A program made the translations under genes and the position numbers. A model generated the notes under the pieces. That model saw nothing but the letters and a program-made list of their open reading frames with translations. It searched no databases and had not been told where the DNA came from. Source: Vulcanimicrobiota bacterium (GTDB lineage Bacteria > Vulcanimicrobiota > Vulcanimicrobiia > Vulcanimicrobiales > Vulcanimicrobiaceae). From it: DNA of 64,000 bases. Numbering within the stretch: position 1 is the first letter of the stretch; each line of letters starts with the position of its first letter. The stretch spans positions 1,536,001 through 1,600,000 of the forward strand of contig OY970223.1 in assembly GCA_963714015.1 (NCBI GenBank). Reading direction: 5' to 3'. This document shows, in pieces, positions 28,856-40,893 of the stretch.

Positions 28856-29028
28856 AATTGATGCGGGCTGGGCTGTGAGGTGCCGGGGGCGCGCTCCGAC
28901 TTTTCCGCGCAAACACGGATGTTTTTTCCTTACTCGTCTCGCGGAAAAGCGGCGCGAGCAGAAAATTTCCATGGAGGGAAATTTTCTAGCGGCGACCCGG
29001 GCACCTCACAGCCCAGCCCGCATCAATT
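28856..29028. repeat. 173-nt element bounded by a perfect 29-bp inverted repeat, with two internal hairpins (MITE or structured RNA)
   Basis: AATTGATGCGGGCTGGGCTGTGAGGTGCC (28856-28884) and its reverse complement (29000-29028); inner stems 28900-28909/28940-28949 and 28960-28970/28977-28987. Confidence 0.9.
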
Positions 29029-29040
29029 AACCGCACAACC

Positions 29041-29076
29041 AAAAGAAAAGAGCCCCGCGAAATGCGAGGCTCTTTC
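29041..29076 (-). terminator. Rho-independent terminator of the 29100-30600 gene
   Basis: Minus strand GAAAGAGCCTCGC-ATTTC-GCGGGGCTCTTTTCTTTT. Confidence 0.8.
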
Positions 29077-29099
29077 CGGTTCTAGTTACGCCGAAGCGA

Positions 29100-30600
29100 T
29101 TAGAACTTGAGGCCTAAGCCGATGTAGGGTCCGTTCTCCGAGAAATCCGACGGCGCGTTGGTATGATTCTTACCGCTGTCGCCGAGGAATCCGAGTTCGA
29201 AGAATGCGGGGATTTGCGGTCCGAGTTGGATGCCCAAGCCGATGTCGTAACGGAAGATGTTGTACGACAGGTCAAAGGGTCCGGTCGGACAGGTCGTCAC
29301 CGGGCACGTGCCCTTGACGTTCGGATAGTAGTAGGCGCTGCCGTACCACGTCCAGCCGGTTTCTTTCAATTCCGGCAGTTTCTCGATGCCGCCGCCCCAT
29401 GCGTTTTGCCGCGGATAACCGTAGTTACCGCTGCGCCACAGGTAGCCGGCGCCGATGTAGATGTGCGAGATTTATGACCTTCAGCCCAAGACGGGCGTCG
29501 ACGGATTGATCCTCGGCAGTGAAGGCCGGAACGAAGGTCGAGAACTGTCCGCCGATAGCCGTAACGCATCCCGGTTCCGTCGCCGGATTCGGATTTGCGA
29601 TGCCGGTGCCGTTACATTGTGCACCCGGGAACGGACCATTCACACCGGTGGGATCCGTAACCGCGGTTTGCGTTGTGCGGGTAACGGTAGTTGCGGAAGT
29701 CGCCTTCGATCATCCACGGCAGATTGAAGATGTTGAACTCGTACGCGCCGCGGATGCGATAGGACATGCCGTCCTTCTTCATGTTGCCGACGTTGCCGGG
29801 GCTGAACTCGTTGTACACCTTCGGCGAGATGATCCAGTCGCCGGCCACGAAGACGTTCGCAGGCGGCGCGGTCGGAACCGCGGTGGGAGTCGGCAGCCGG
29901 GGCCGGAGTCGGCGTTTGGGCGCGGCGGCGGCGGTGGCGGCGGCGTGGGCGGCAAGTAGCGGACGACCACAACGCGGCGGTCCGGAACCCACTGCACGTA
30001 TGCCCCCATGCCTTCCGAAATCACGCGAACCGGAACCACGACGTGGCCCTGGTAGATCTCCGGCGGAACGTCCAGCGGACGCGTCTCGCCGTTGATCGTG
30101 ACCTCGGGTTTACCTACGGTGACTTTGACGTCGGCGCCCGGCTTGGTCACGTCGACCGTCTTGCTTCCCGGGTCGTAGGAAACCGTTGCGCCCATTTGCT
30201 CGAACATCGAGCGGATCGGAATCAGAATCGTACCACCGCGCACCAGAGCCGCCAGGACGCGACCCTGCTTGAGTTCGTCCGGTTTGGCGTATACGTGGTG
30301 GTCGTTGAAGAGGATCGGAATCTGTCCGGACGGCGGTGAACCGAAGTTCGCCGGCGGCGTGTTTGCCGCAGGTGCCGCCGGGGCCGGCGATGCCATAGGA
30401 GTCGCCGCCGGAGCCGTCGAGGCTGCCGGCGAGGCCATAGCTGTCGCCGCCGGAGCTGGTGAAGCGCTCGGCGTAGCCTGTGCGATCGCGTTGCTTCCCA
30501 AGTTACCATGCGATCCAGACTGCGACGGAGCTGCCACCGCGCTAAGTCCCAAACCGGCTGCTATCAGCACGGCAAGGACTCCGGTGCTCAGTCGTTTCAA
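29100..30600 (-). CDS. Copper amine oxidase N-terminal-domain protein with probable outer-membrane beta-barrel C-terminus (several frameshifts)
   Basis: Signal peptide; LIPIRSMFEQMGATVSYD and VPVRVISEGMGAYVQW; Pro-rich linker; aromatic beta-strands ending GPYIGLGLKF. Confidence 0.8.
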
Positions 30601-30772
30601 TGTTTCCTCCTAGTTAGATGAAGCCTCGGCTTGGTCGGGGGATATGACAAACGCAGCCAGGCGTCACGTCGTAAAGTACCCCGAAGCAAGCAGAGCTAAT
30701 CCTTCGGGAACTGGGTTGCCCCCCCTGCAGCATAGTGCAGACGGCCCGTCCCGTTCGCCTATAAAGGTAGCG

Positions 30773-31170
30773 TTAAGCGAGCTTCTCTTCAAGCTTTGCG
30801 AGGAATTTTGCCCGGTCCATGATGTAGCGCTCGTGGGTTCCCTCGGCTACGGGCTCCTGTTCGTCGAAGACTTGGACGGCAAAGCTGATACGGGGACCGT
30901 CGACTAGTACGACCTCGACTTCCGTCCGGACGATGAAACCGACCGGAACCGGTTTGTGATGTTCGAGGTCTACATGGGTGCCTAAAGTGATTTGGGAAGG
31001 ATTCGAGCAGCAGGTGCCACACAGGCCATCGCGGCGTCTTCGATGAGTTGGACGAGCATGGGCGTCGAGAGTACGTCCACACCCTTGTTCCCGGCTTTTT
31101 CCGCGGTCATCCACTCCTCGACGCGGGTCTGCCGGCTGAACGTCCGGCCGATATCGAGTTTCGCGCGCAT
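30773..31170 (-). CDS. Hotdog-fold thioesterase, FlK-like (frameshift near 31010)
   Basis: VLSTPMLVQLIE then TLGTHVDLEH...GTHERYI. Confidence 0.85.
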
Positions 31171-31322
31171 GGCCCCGAGACAATACCACGCGTGAACCCG
31201 CTTCCCTGGGCGGCACATTCGGGTTTAAGGTTTTGCCGATAGTATCGTGAATCAATTGGCGCTCGCCGGCGTATCTACGTATAAAATGGGCGACGCTTTA
31301 CTTGGTGGTTAAAAGGAGTAGC

Positions 31323-32573
31323 ATGCAATATCAACGCTGGGCGCTGGCAGGGGCCCTTACGGCCGCTGTGCTTTTGGGAGGGTGCTCAAAACCGCCGCAG
31401 CAGCGCGGCGCGCCCGCACTCGACGTGGACGTCGCCCAAGCGCAGCGCCGCGACATCGCAACGTACCTGTCGTTGGACGGTCAAATCTCTCCGCTGGAGC
31501 AGTCGACGCTCTCCTTTCAACAGTCCGGACCTCTCACGACCGTAAACGTCGTGCAGGGCGATCGCGTGAGCGCCGGCGAGTTGCTCGCAAGAATTGACGC
31601 CTCCACCCTGCAGGCGCAACTGGCTCAGGTCCAGGCGCAAATCGCACAGGCCTCGGCGCAGGCCCAAGCCTCGCAGCTGAACGTCCCGATCACGCAGTCG
31701 TCGACGGCGCAAGCGGTGGAGAACGCCAAAGCGGCGCTCGCGAACGCGAAGCTGCAACTACGATCAGAACAATCAGCTCTACAAGCAGGGCTACGTGTCG
31801 CTTACGGCGCTGGAGCAGGCGCGAGCAGCGTACGTGGCGGCGCAGACGCAGTACCAGACGGCGCTTTCGAATACCGGCAATACCGGCGTGCAAAGCTCGA
31901 ATGCTGCGGCAGCGCGTCAAGCCGTCGCTGCGGCGCAGGCTCAGGCGAATACGCTGCGCACGCAGATCGGTCAAACCTCGCATGTACGCGCCGTTCAACG
32001 GCATCGTCACCGCCCGATACATGGATCCCGGCGGGATGGTGACGCCCGGCACGGCGGTGCTTCAGCGTCGCCAAACTCGACGACGTCTGGGTCAACGTCA
32101 ACATTCCGGACGAAGACCTCTCTTACGTGCGCGCCGGGACACCGGTTTCTTTCAACACGGGCCAAGTTGCCGGAAAGACGTGGCACGGCACGATCGCAAC
32201 CGTCAACGCGGTTCCGACGCAGGGCACGCTGTCGTATCAGGCGCGCATCCTGCAGAATAATCCGGGCGATCTGCTGCGCGGCGGCATGCTCATCACGGCG
32301 ACGATCGAAAAGGAACGTCACGCCAACGCAATCGTCGTTCCGCGAGCAGCCGTCGCTCAGACCGATCAAGGCTCGAACGTCTTTATCGTCGGTCCCGGAA
32401 ACAAAGCGCAGCAAGTCCCGGTCAACGTCGGCATTCAAACCGATACGCTCAGCGAGGTGAGCAGTCCGCGAATCACCGCCGGCACGACGGTCATCACGAC
32501 GCGTCCGGACGCACTGCAGAACGGCAGTACGGTGGCGATCGCAGGACGCGGTCCAGGACAGGCCGGTCAATAG
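31323..32573 (+). CDS. Efflux periplasmic adaptor / membrane fusion lipoprotein (several frameshifts)
   Basis: Lipobox LLGGC; VVQGDRVSAGELLARID, coiled coil, APFNGIV, LRGGM, VVPRAAV. Confidence 0.88.
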
Positions 32574-32576
32574 CCG

Positions 32577-33996
32577 ATGCTGCAGCTCATCGCATTTCTG
32601 GCGTTGCAGATCGCTCCGACGCCGGCACCGACCCAATTGCCCTATCCCGCCTACGGTACACCTCGGCCCGGCGCAGCACAGCAGCATCCCGCTCCGGGCG
32701 TGCCGCAAGCCATCACGCTGCAGCAAGCTATCGAGATCGCCGTTGCGAAGTCTCCGGTGCTTGCGGCGGCGCGGGCCAACGAGCGGCTTACGCAGATTCC
32801 CGTGGAGCTTGCGCGAACCGCAATCTTTCCGAGCATCAGCGGCACGGCGACGATGTCGCAGAGCAACAGCTTCGGCAACGCCGCAAACGGCCGAAATAAC
32901 GGGAACAACGGAACTGGCAACGGCACCGGCACCGGAACAGTCGGCAACTCTTTCGTCAGCAAAGGATTGAACGCAAATCTGCGCCAGCTGATTTACGACG
33001 GCGGTAAGGTGATCGCGCAGATCCATCAAGCCAAAGCGAACGCCGTCGCGGGTGCGGACACGTACGAGCGGAATCTCGAAACGCTCGCGTTCAACGTCGC
33101 GCAAGCATACTATAGCGTGCTGCAGGCCGAAACGACGACCCAGCTGGACGTTCAGGTCGTGCATCAGAACGTCGTGCAAGAAGATCTCGTTCGCGCGCAG
33201 CTGCGGGCCGGAACGGCTTCAGAGGTGGACCTGGCCACGGCCGAACTGCCGACGGCTCAAGCGCGCGTGGCACTCGTGCGCCAACAAGGAACACAGCTCG
33301 CCGCTCAGGCGACGTTTGCCGAGACGCTGGGGCTGGATCCCGACACTCAGGTCAATCCGGTAAGCAATGCGTCGACGAATCAAACGACGACGACCGCTAC
33401 GATCCTCTCTTACGATCAGGCGATAACCCGCGCACTCGCCCTGCGCCCGGATTTTCTGTCCGCGCAAGCATCCGTGCTGGCGGCGCAGTACAACGTACAA
33501 GTGCAGCGCTCCGGGTTGCTGCCCAGTCTAACCGGCAGCGCGTCCTATGGAACGAACTCCACGAACGTCGCGGGCGGCGCTTTCGGACCGAGCGATTCAG
33601 TCGGCCTCACGCTCAGCGTGCCGATCTACGATCAGGGGATCACCCGCGCCGAAACGGAAACGGCGCAGGCACAGCTCGACGTGGCGTCCTCGCAACTCCA
33701 ACAGTCGAAGCTGGCAAGTCGAAACCGACGTGCGATCGGGCTTGGCGGGTTTGATCTCGGCGCAGGCGGCGGTCACGCAGGCCGATGCGGAACTGAGCAA
33801 AGCGCAAGAGATCCTCAAAGCCACTCAAGCCCAATACCGGTCGGGAGTCACGACGCTGCCGCTTCTGCTCAATGCGCAGGTCGGACTTACGCAGGCTGAA
33901 ACGGATCAAGTCAACGCGCTCTATGCGTTGCGTCAGGCGGAGCAAACCTATACGTTCGCGCTCGGCGAAAGCGACATCACGCCCGCGGGGCCGTAG
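32577..33996 (+). CDS. TolC family outer-membrane protein (frameshift near 33715)
   Basis: ITLQQAIEIA, IYDGGK, VAQAYY, RPD, LSVPIYDQG, QYRSG. Confidence 0.9.
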
Positions 33997-34058
33997 CGCT
34001 GCGCGATACCGCTAACCTCGCCAAGGGGTAGATTCGGTCCAACGGCAAATAGCGCCGC

Positions 34059-35708
34059 ATGCACAGATGGGCTGCGGCGCTTTTTGCCCTTCTCTTAGTA
34101 AGTGCTTGCACGAAGCAAACCGCAACGGGCGGCGCGGCCGGCAACAGCTGGACACGTCCGGGCGTGTTGCGATACGCGGAGAACGCCTCGCCTTCGTCGC
34201 TGAATCTGCTGCTCGACTCCTCGGCCGTGACCGGCGACGTGGCGTCGTTCATCTACTCTTACGCCGTCCGCTACGACGAGCACGCGCAGCCCGTTCCGGA
34301 TGCGGTTTCGGAAGTGCCGACCGTAGAGAACGGCGACGTCAGCAAAGACGGCCTGACGCTGCGGTATAAATTGCGGCACAACATCACGTGGCAAGACGGA
34401 CAGCCGCTCACGTGCCGCGATCTTCGGTTCACCTGGCAAGCGGTGATGAACCCCCACAACAACGTCGTTACGACCGACGGTTACAAAGACATCGCAAGCA
34501 TCGACTGCAGCAACCCGTACGTGGCCGTCGTGCACATGAAGAGGCTCTACGCGCCGTATCTGCAGCAGCTTTGGGGCGTGAACGGAAACGCGCCGATTCT
34601 GCCCGAGCATATTCTGGCAAAATACAACGATGCCGGCGGATCGCTCAATTCTGCGCCGTACAACTCCATGCCGATCGGAAGCGGACCGTTCAAGGTCGTC
34701 GAATGGCAGCGCGGCACCGAAGTGCGTATGGTTGCCTATCCCAAGTACTTCATGGGCCGTCCCAAGCTGAGCGAAGTGATCTTCCGTATCATGCCCGACG
34801 AAAACACGATGATCACCTCGCTCCAAACGCACGACATCGACTTGATCGCGCGCGGCAGCGGACTGAATTGGCCGCGCTATCAGCGAATTTCCGGCCCGGG
34901 ATCCGGCCTGACGGCGCTGCGGGTCGATGACTACCTCTACTCGCACATCGACTTCAACTTACGCCGGCCGCTGCTGCAAGACCGCAACGTCCGTCTGGCC
35001 TTGGCATACGCGACCGATCGCGATGAGATCGTTCAAAAGATCATGCATGGCTCGGCAGTTCCCGCCCAAACCGATCAATCGCCGGAGCTGTCTTGGGCGT
35101 ACACGGGCAACTTCGAACGTCACGATTTCGACCCGGCGAAGGCCTCGCAGATCCTGGACGCCGACGGCTGGGTGCGCGGGCGGGACGGCATACGGGTCAA
35201 GAACGGTCAGCGACTCTCATTCGATCTGACGTGCGGGGCCGAGGGCAACTATGCCAAAGACATCGAAACGCTGGTGCAGCGGCAGTGGCACGACATCGGT
35301 GCTGAAGCCGTCATCAAGAACGTGCCGACCGCGCTGTTCTTTCAAAACGGCGTGAGCGGAACGCTTCAGGGCGGCCACTACGACGTCGCGATTTTCAGCT
35401 GGACGCAGTCGGCCGATCCCGACGACAGCGCGATCCTTTCCGGGCTGAATTTTGCCCCGCACGGGCAGAATGCCGTTTTCTGGAACGATCCGCAAGCCAC
35501 CGCGGCGATGACGGACGCGCTCAAGACGCTGGACCGTAACCGCCGCAAGCATGACTACGAGATCGTTCAGCAGCGGATCGCGCATGACGTTCCGAGTATC
35601 ATCCTGTTCTTCTGGAAAGACATCTACGTCTACAACTCGGATATCAAGGGATTCAAGCCGTCTCCGGTGATATCGCCATTTTGGAACCCGTGGGAGTACA
35701 GCATATGA
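34059..35708 (+). CDS. Peptide ABC transporter substrate-binding lipoprotein (SBP family 5), copy 1
   Basis: Lipobox LVSAC; VSKDGLT, W-DG-P-T-D, PIGSGPF, VRLAL, LDADGW. Confidence 0.93.
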   Translation: MHRWAAALFALLLVSACTKQTATGGAAGNSWTRPGVLRYAENASPSSLNLLLDSSAVTGDVASFIYSYAVRYDEHAQPVPDAVSEVPTVENGDVSKDGLTLRYKLRHNITWQDGQPLTCRDLRFTWQAVMNPHNNVVTTDGYKDIASIDCSNPYVAVVHMKRLYAPYLQQLWGVNGNAPILPEHILAKYNDAGGSLNSAPYNSMPIGSGPFKVVEWQRGTEVRMVAYPKYFMGRPKLSEVIFRIMPDENTMITSLQTHDIDLIARGSGLNWPRYQRISGPGSGLTALRVDDYLYSHIDFNLRRPLLQDRNVRLALAYATDRDEIVQKIMHGSAVPAQTDQSPELSWAYTGNFERHDFDPAKASQILDADGWVRGRDGIRVKNGQRLSFDLTCGAEGNYAKDIETLVQRQWHDIGAEAVIKNVPTALFFQNGVSGTLQGGHYDVAIFSWTQSADPDDSAILSGLNFAPHGQNAVFWNDPQATAAMTDALKTLDRNRRKHDYEIVQQRIAHDVPSIILFFWKDIYVYNSDIKGFKPSPVISPFWNPWEYSI

Positions 35709-37347
35709 AACGCATCCTCAGCTTAGGACTCATTTCGGCCGTTCTGCTGTCGGCATGTTCGAAAGCCGGCGCGCCATCCGGAGCGGGCGGACGAATCAAC
35801 AGCTGGACGATTCCGCACGTGCTTGCGCATGACGTACTGCCGCGGAAGAACCCGAGACGCTAAACCCCCTCCTTTCGCCCGACTCGGCGGTTTCGCAAGT
35901 CCTCGGACCCTTAATCATGGGCTATTTGCTGCGTTGCGACGTGCACAACAACATCGTCCCGGAACTGGCTTTACAGGTTCCGACGAAAGAAAACGGCGGG
36001 GTCAGTTCGGATGGGTTGACGATAACCTACCATCTTCGCCGGGGAGTGCGCTGGTCGGACGGTGCGCCGTTCAATGCGGACGACGTCATCTTCAGTTTCA
36101 AGGCTGTGTTGAACCCGGACAACAACGTTACCAGCCGCACCGGTTTCGATCTGATCTCGAAGATGGACGAGCCGGACAAGTACACCGTAGTGATTCATCT
36201 GAAGAAGCCATACTCGTCATTCGTCGAGACGTTCTTCTCAACGTCCGGCGCTAACCCGTCATTGTTGCCGGCGCATTTGCTGGCGAACTATCCTAATCTG
36301 AATCGCGTCGACTACAATTCCAAGCCGGTCGGTATCGGACCGTTCAAGGTGAAGATTTGGCAGCGCGGGCAGCGCGTCGTGCTCGTTCCCAATCCATATT
36401 ATTTTCGCGGCCTTCCGAAACTCAAGGAGATCGACGACGAGATCATCCCGGACGTGAACACCGTGGTGACTTCTATGCAAGCGAAGTCGCTGGACATGTC
36501 TTATAACACTCCGCAGAATCTGTATCCGCAGCTGGTGACGCTGAAAGACTTCAACGTCGTTGCGCAAGATTCGTACATCTTCCGGCACTTCGACTTGAAT
36601 TTGACCAGTCCGAAGCTGCGCGATCCGATAGTACGGCAGGCTCTGCGTTATGGGATGGACCGCCCGATGATCTTGGCAAAGCTCTACCACGGAATCGGTA
36701 ACCTGCAGGAACAACCGGCGATCCAGGTTGCGCCGTACTGGGACCCCAACATCAAGCTGGTTCCGTTTGATTTGGCGAAGGCCAACCAGTTGCTCGATGC
36801 CGACGGCTGGAAACGCGGCGCCGGCGGCGTTCGCTCCAAGAACGGCGTACGCCTTGACCTCAACTTTGCGACGGCTGCCGGCACCGTCATCAACGATCAG
36901 CTCATCGAGCTGGTTAGACAGACTTGGAACCCCCTGGGCGTCAATATTACCACCAGCCATTATCAAAACACGCTGCTTTTCGGACAATATCAGGACAACG
37001 GTATTTTGGCGCGCGGGAAGTTCGACGTAGCCTATTTTGCGTGGGGTCAGGACGGCTTGGGCGACCTCTCTCCAATTTACGGCTGCGACGAGGTGCCGCC
37101 GAGCGGACAGAATTACATGCACTGGTGCAACGCAACCGCGCAGCGGGCGATGAATGCGTTTTTCACGCACTACGAACAGCCGCAGAGAAACGCCGACGAC
37201 GCGGTCGTCATGGAACAGCTGTACAAAGATGTGCCCACCATCATTTTGATGGGCACCAAGCAACTTTGGGTCTACAATAAAGACCTAAAGAACTTTCATC
37301 CCGGCGAACTCTCGCCGTTCGACAACTTCATGGACGTGGATATCTGA
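35705..37347 (+). CDS. SBP family 5 lipoprotein, copy 2 (frameshift about 35830-35900)
   Basis: Lipobox LLSAC; WSDGAPFNADDV, PVGIGPF, VRQAL; ends FMDVDI. Confidence 0.9.
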
Positions 37348-37348
37348 C

Positions 37349-38997
37349 ATGCGCTCTACATTGCGGATACCGGTACTGCTGCTGTGCGTCTTGGCGGCAT
37401 CTTGCTCGAAAACCGCTGGTCCTGGGGCGGCGGGACAAGGCGGCAGAGTCAATTCGTTCACGATTCCCCACGTGTTCCGCTACACGACGGCGCCCGGCGA
37501 CATCGCGACGCTCAATCCGCATCTTCACGGTGAAGTCGATTTGATGATGCTTTCGCAGCTGACGATGGCATGGCTGATCCGCTTCGACGAGCACAATAAC
37601 GCTTATCCGGAACTGGCGACGGTCGTGCCGACGCAGCAGAACGGCGGCGTCAGCAAAGACGGCTTGACGATCACGTATCATCTTCGCAAAGGCGTGCGCT
37701 GGTCGGACGGCGCGCCGTTCACGGCCGACGACGTCGTTTTCTCGACGCGCGTCGTGCTGGATCCGGCGAACCTGCGAGATCACTCGCAGCGGCTGGGACC
37801 TGATCACGAAGATCGACGAGCCGGACAAGTACACCGTCGTCTACCACATGAAGAAGCCGTACTCGCCGTTCGTCGAGACGTTCTTTGCAACGGCCGGTGC
37901 CAACCCGTGCATCTTGCCCAAGCATCTGCTCGCGAAATACCCGAACATCAACAACGTCCCGTACAACTCGCTGCCGGTGGGAATCGGACCCTTCAAATAC
38001 AAGGAATGGATTCGATCGAGCAAAGTCGTAATGGTGGCCGATCCGCTGTACTGGCGAGGTTTGCCCAAACTCAAGGAAATCGACTGGCAGATCATTCCCG
38101 ATCGGAACACTGCGGTTACGCAGCTGCAAGCCAAACAGGTGGACATGTGGTATCCGGTCCCCGGCGCGTATCTCGCGCGGGTGCGAAATCTGTCCGGCTA
38201 TACGATCCTAAGCCAGCCCTCGTACATCTTCAATCATCTGGACTTCAATTTGCAGAGTCCGCGAACGTCCGATCCGATCGTGCGGCAGGCGCTGCGTCTG
38301 GCGACACCCCGTCAACGCATTCACGATACCGTGGCGCACGGCATCGGATTTTTACAGGATCAGCCGGCGGCGCACACGTCTCCATATTGGGATCCCGCGA
38401 TTAAATTCAAACCGATGGACGTGGCGCAAGCCAACGCTATGCTCGACAAAGACGGTTGGAAACGCGGCCCGGACGGGATCCGCGCGAAGAACGGCGTCAA
38501 ACTGAGTTTGGATTTCGCGTCGACGACCGGTTCGCCCGACGTAGACACGCAGATCGAACTGATCCGCCAAGGCTGGGCGCAGATTGGCGTAGGCCTTAGC
38601 GTCAAACGGTATCCGCTCGACGTTACTGCTTGCTCCCAAGTCCGAGGGCGGTATCGTCAACAACGGCAGGTTTGACGCCGTGACGTTTGCTTGGGGGCTG
38701 GATCCGATCGGCGATTTTTCCGCCGAGTACGGCTGCGACGCGTTTCCGCCGGCCGGTTCGAACGTCTCGCTCTGGTGCAATCACACCGCCGACGCGGCGA
38801 TGCACGCCCTCTACGGACATTTCGATCAAGCCAGCCGCAATAAGGACGACGCCGTCGTTCAGGAAGCAATCGACCGCGACGTGCCGTTCATCACGGTCAA
38901 TGGCCGCGAGGACATCTACGTCTTGAACAAAGATCTAAAGAACTTCCACCCCAACGCCGTCTCGCAGTTCGATAACATGATGAACGTCGACATCTAG
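37349..38997 (+). CDS. SBP family 5 lipoprotein, copy 3 (frameshifts near 37780 and 38625)
   Basis: Lipobox LAASC; WSDGAPFTADDV, PVGIGPF; ends MMNVDI. Confidence 0.9.
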
Positions 38998-40348
38998 CGC
39001 TCGCAGCGCCGCAGTGGCCAGGCCCGCGCATCCGAGCAACGAGCCGAGCCGCAGCCCGGCCCAGAACGCGTTTCGCGCCAGCAATCCGGTTGCGGCAAGC
39101 TCCGCGTGCCAAGCCGCGGATATTCCGCCGGAAGCGACTTTTGGCGAAAGCGGCGCCATTGCATCCGGCCAGACCGGCGCCGCATGCTGCGCCGCAACGA
39201 TCCCGGCAGCAGCAACGATCAGCAGCATGGCAGCCGGAACGATCAGCGTTTTGAGCGTCAGTTGCGGACGCGATGCAATTAGCGCGCCGGCAAACGCCGC
39301 AGCCAGCAGCAGTGCCTGGGGCAGCGCTTCCGGCCGCTGCGCTAGACCCAGCCAGTCGATCGCGCACAGCATAGCCGCTGCAAGCGTCCACGCGCATGCG
39401 GCGCCTTGCATGCGGCGAGCCAGAACGATTGCCGGAACGAATTCGACGATGAGATCGTGCTCGTGAAAGAACGGCAGAACGAAGGGCAGCAGCGCGCAGG
39501 TTGCGCAGAAGCGCAGAACCGGATCCGGCATGGGCAGAACTTTCGTCAGCCAAATCGCAAGCGCGCCCGCAGCGATGATTCCGCCGGCGATTGCAGCAGC
39601 GGCAGGCGCGGCGCCAAACCCGTAGGCGATAGACGCGGGCGTCAGCTGAATCACGGCCAGGTTTTCGGCGGCGCCGTGCGCTCGTAGGACGCTCAGGTAA
39701 TGCAATATACCTCGCCCGTACACGGCGGTGCAGATGGCGGCGAACAGCAATGAATACGCGAAGAATCTCGGTGCCCCGGCGGCTGCCGGCGCGATATTGG
39801 GCTGAAGCCACGCCGGCAGAAGCGCCCACGATCGCCGCGTACCCAATGCCGCAAATGCATACGCGGGCAATGCCAATTGACCGAGCGCGTAAGCGCTGGT
39901 CAGCGGTCCGAATCCGAGCGCCGCGACGCCGGCGAGCAGAAAGCTCCACAGCGTTATCGGCAAGCCCGCCACATCGATCGCCGCAACGGCTAGAAGAGCG
40001 ATTGCCGCGATCAAAATCAGCTCGCCAAAGCGTATTGGCGGCCGCGAAGGGGAGACGCGCGATTGCGCCTGCGAGCGGCAGCAGTGCGGGCGGCCCGGCG
40101 AAGGGCAACGGTTCAAATTTGCCGCCGGCGTGGATCTCCGGCCCGCGCTCGGCGTTCCAAATCTGCAAACTGTACGGGTCGCCGCCGTCATTCCACACTG
40201 TTCCGGCGGCGTAGTATGCCTCGAAATCGCGCATCGGCGGTCCGGGCGTGCCGTGGGGCCGTGCTATCGTCACTCCGGCGATCGCGGCCGCCAGCGCCAA
40301 CACCGCCACGATTGTTCGGCTAAGCGGCGCCCTTTGGAACGTCGGCAT
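38994..40348 (-). CDS. Multi-pass glycosyltransferase, GT87/DUF2029-like (frameshift near 40020; 3' end uncertain)
   Basis: RDFEAYYAAG...GGDPY, PPA, LGQ, HEHD; many TM helices. Confidence 0.75.
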
Positions 40349-40892
40349 ACAAGGTCAAGCGTTCTACGCTGCCCTTGCGCGCCATTGCATAGGCGACGCC
40401 GCCGGGAAACCGCGCCTCGAACGCTTCGTCATAAACGACCTTTCCCGGGCCGCCCACGGCGGGGGTGAAGATCTCGGGCATTGCACCCGGCGATTTGCCG
40501 ATGCACACCCCGCCGGGCTCCAGCCGTAAGCCGCCCAAGTCGCGAGGTTCGAGCGCCGGCGGATTGGCGCTTTGAGGAACATACAGCTCGACCGCCGCTA
40601 GAGTGCGGTGCCGGTAGAAGGCGCTGAGCAAACAACGCCGGCCGCTTTCCTTCGTCGCATAGGTGTGCCATCCGCGAGCGGGATAACTGAATGCAACGCC
40701 GAGCTCGCGCTCGACGTCGTCGCGGGTCGTCTTTCCGACTTCGAACGTGAGCCGATCCGACTGGAGGACGACGGCTCGATCCAATGCCCGCGGCGGGACG
40801 TTGGTGGTGCGCCGAGCGCGTTCGTGTATCCGCGCCAAAATCTCGACGGCGCGGAGCATTGCGAAGTCCGGAGCCTTCGGTTCGTCGCTCAA
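40320..40892 (-). CDS. Hypothetical protein with BamE/BLIP-like motif
   Basis: FEVGKTTRDDVERELG; coupled to neighbours. Confidence 0.65.
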   Translation of the reverse strand: MSDEPKAPDFAMLRAVEILARIHERARRTTNVPPRALDRAVVLQSDRLTFEVGKTTRDDVERELGVAFSYPARGWHTYATKESGRRCLLSAFYRHRTLAAVELYVPQSANPPALEPRDLGGLRLEPGGVCIGKSPGAMPEIFTPAVGGPGKVVYDEAFEARFPGGVAYAMARKGSVERLTLYADVPKGAA

Positions 40893-40893
40893 C

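Noticed and set aside
30601..30772. Leader with a CCCGAAG/CTTCGGG stem as a riboswitch
   Set aside because: No riboswitch consensus recognised; a 7-bp GC stem is expected by chance; needs an Rfam scan
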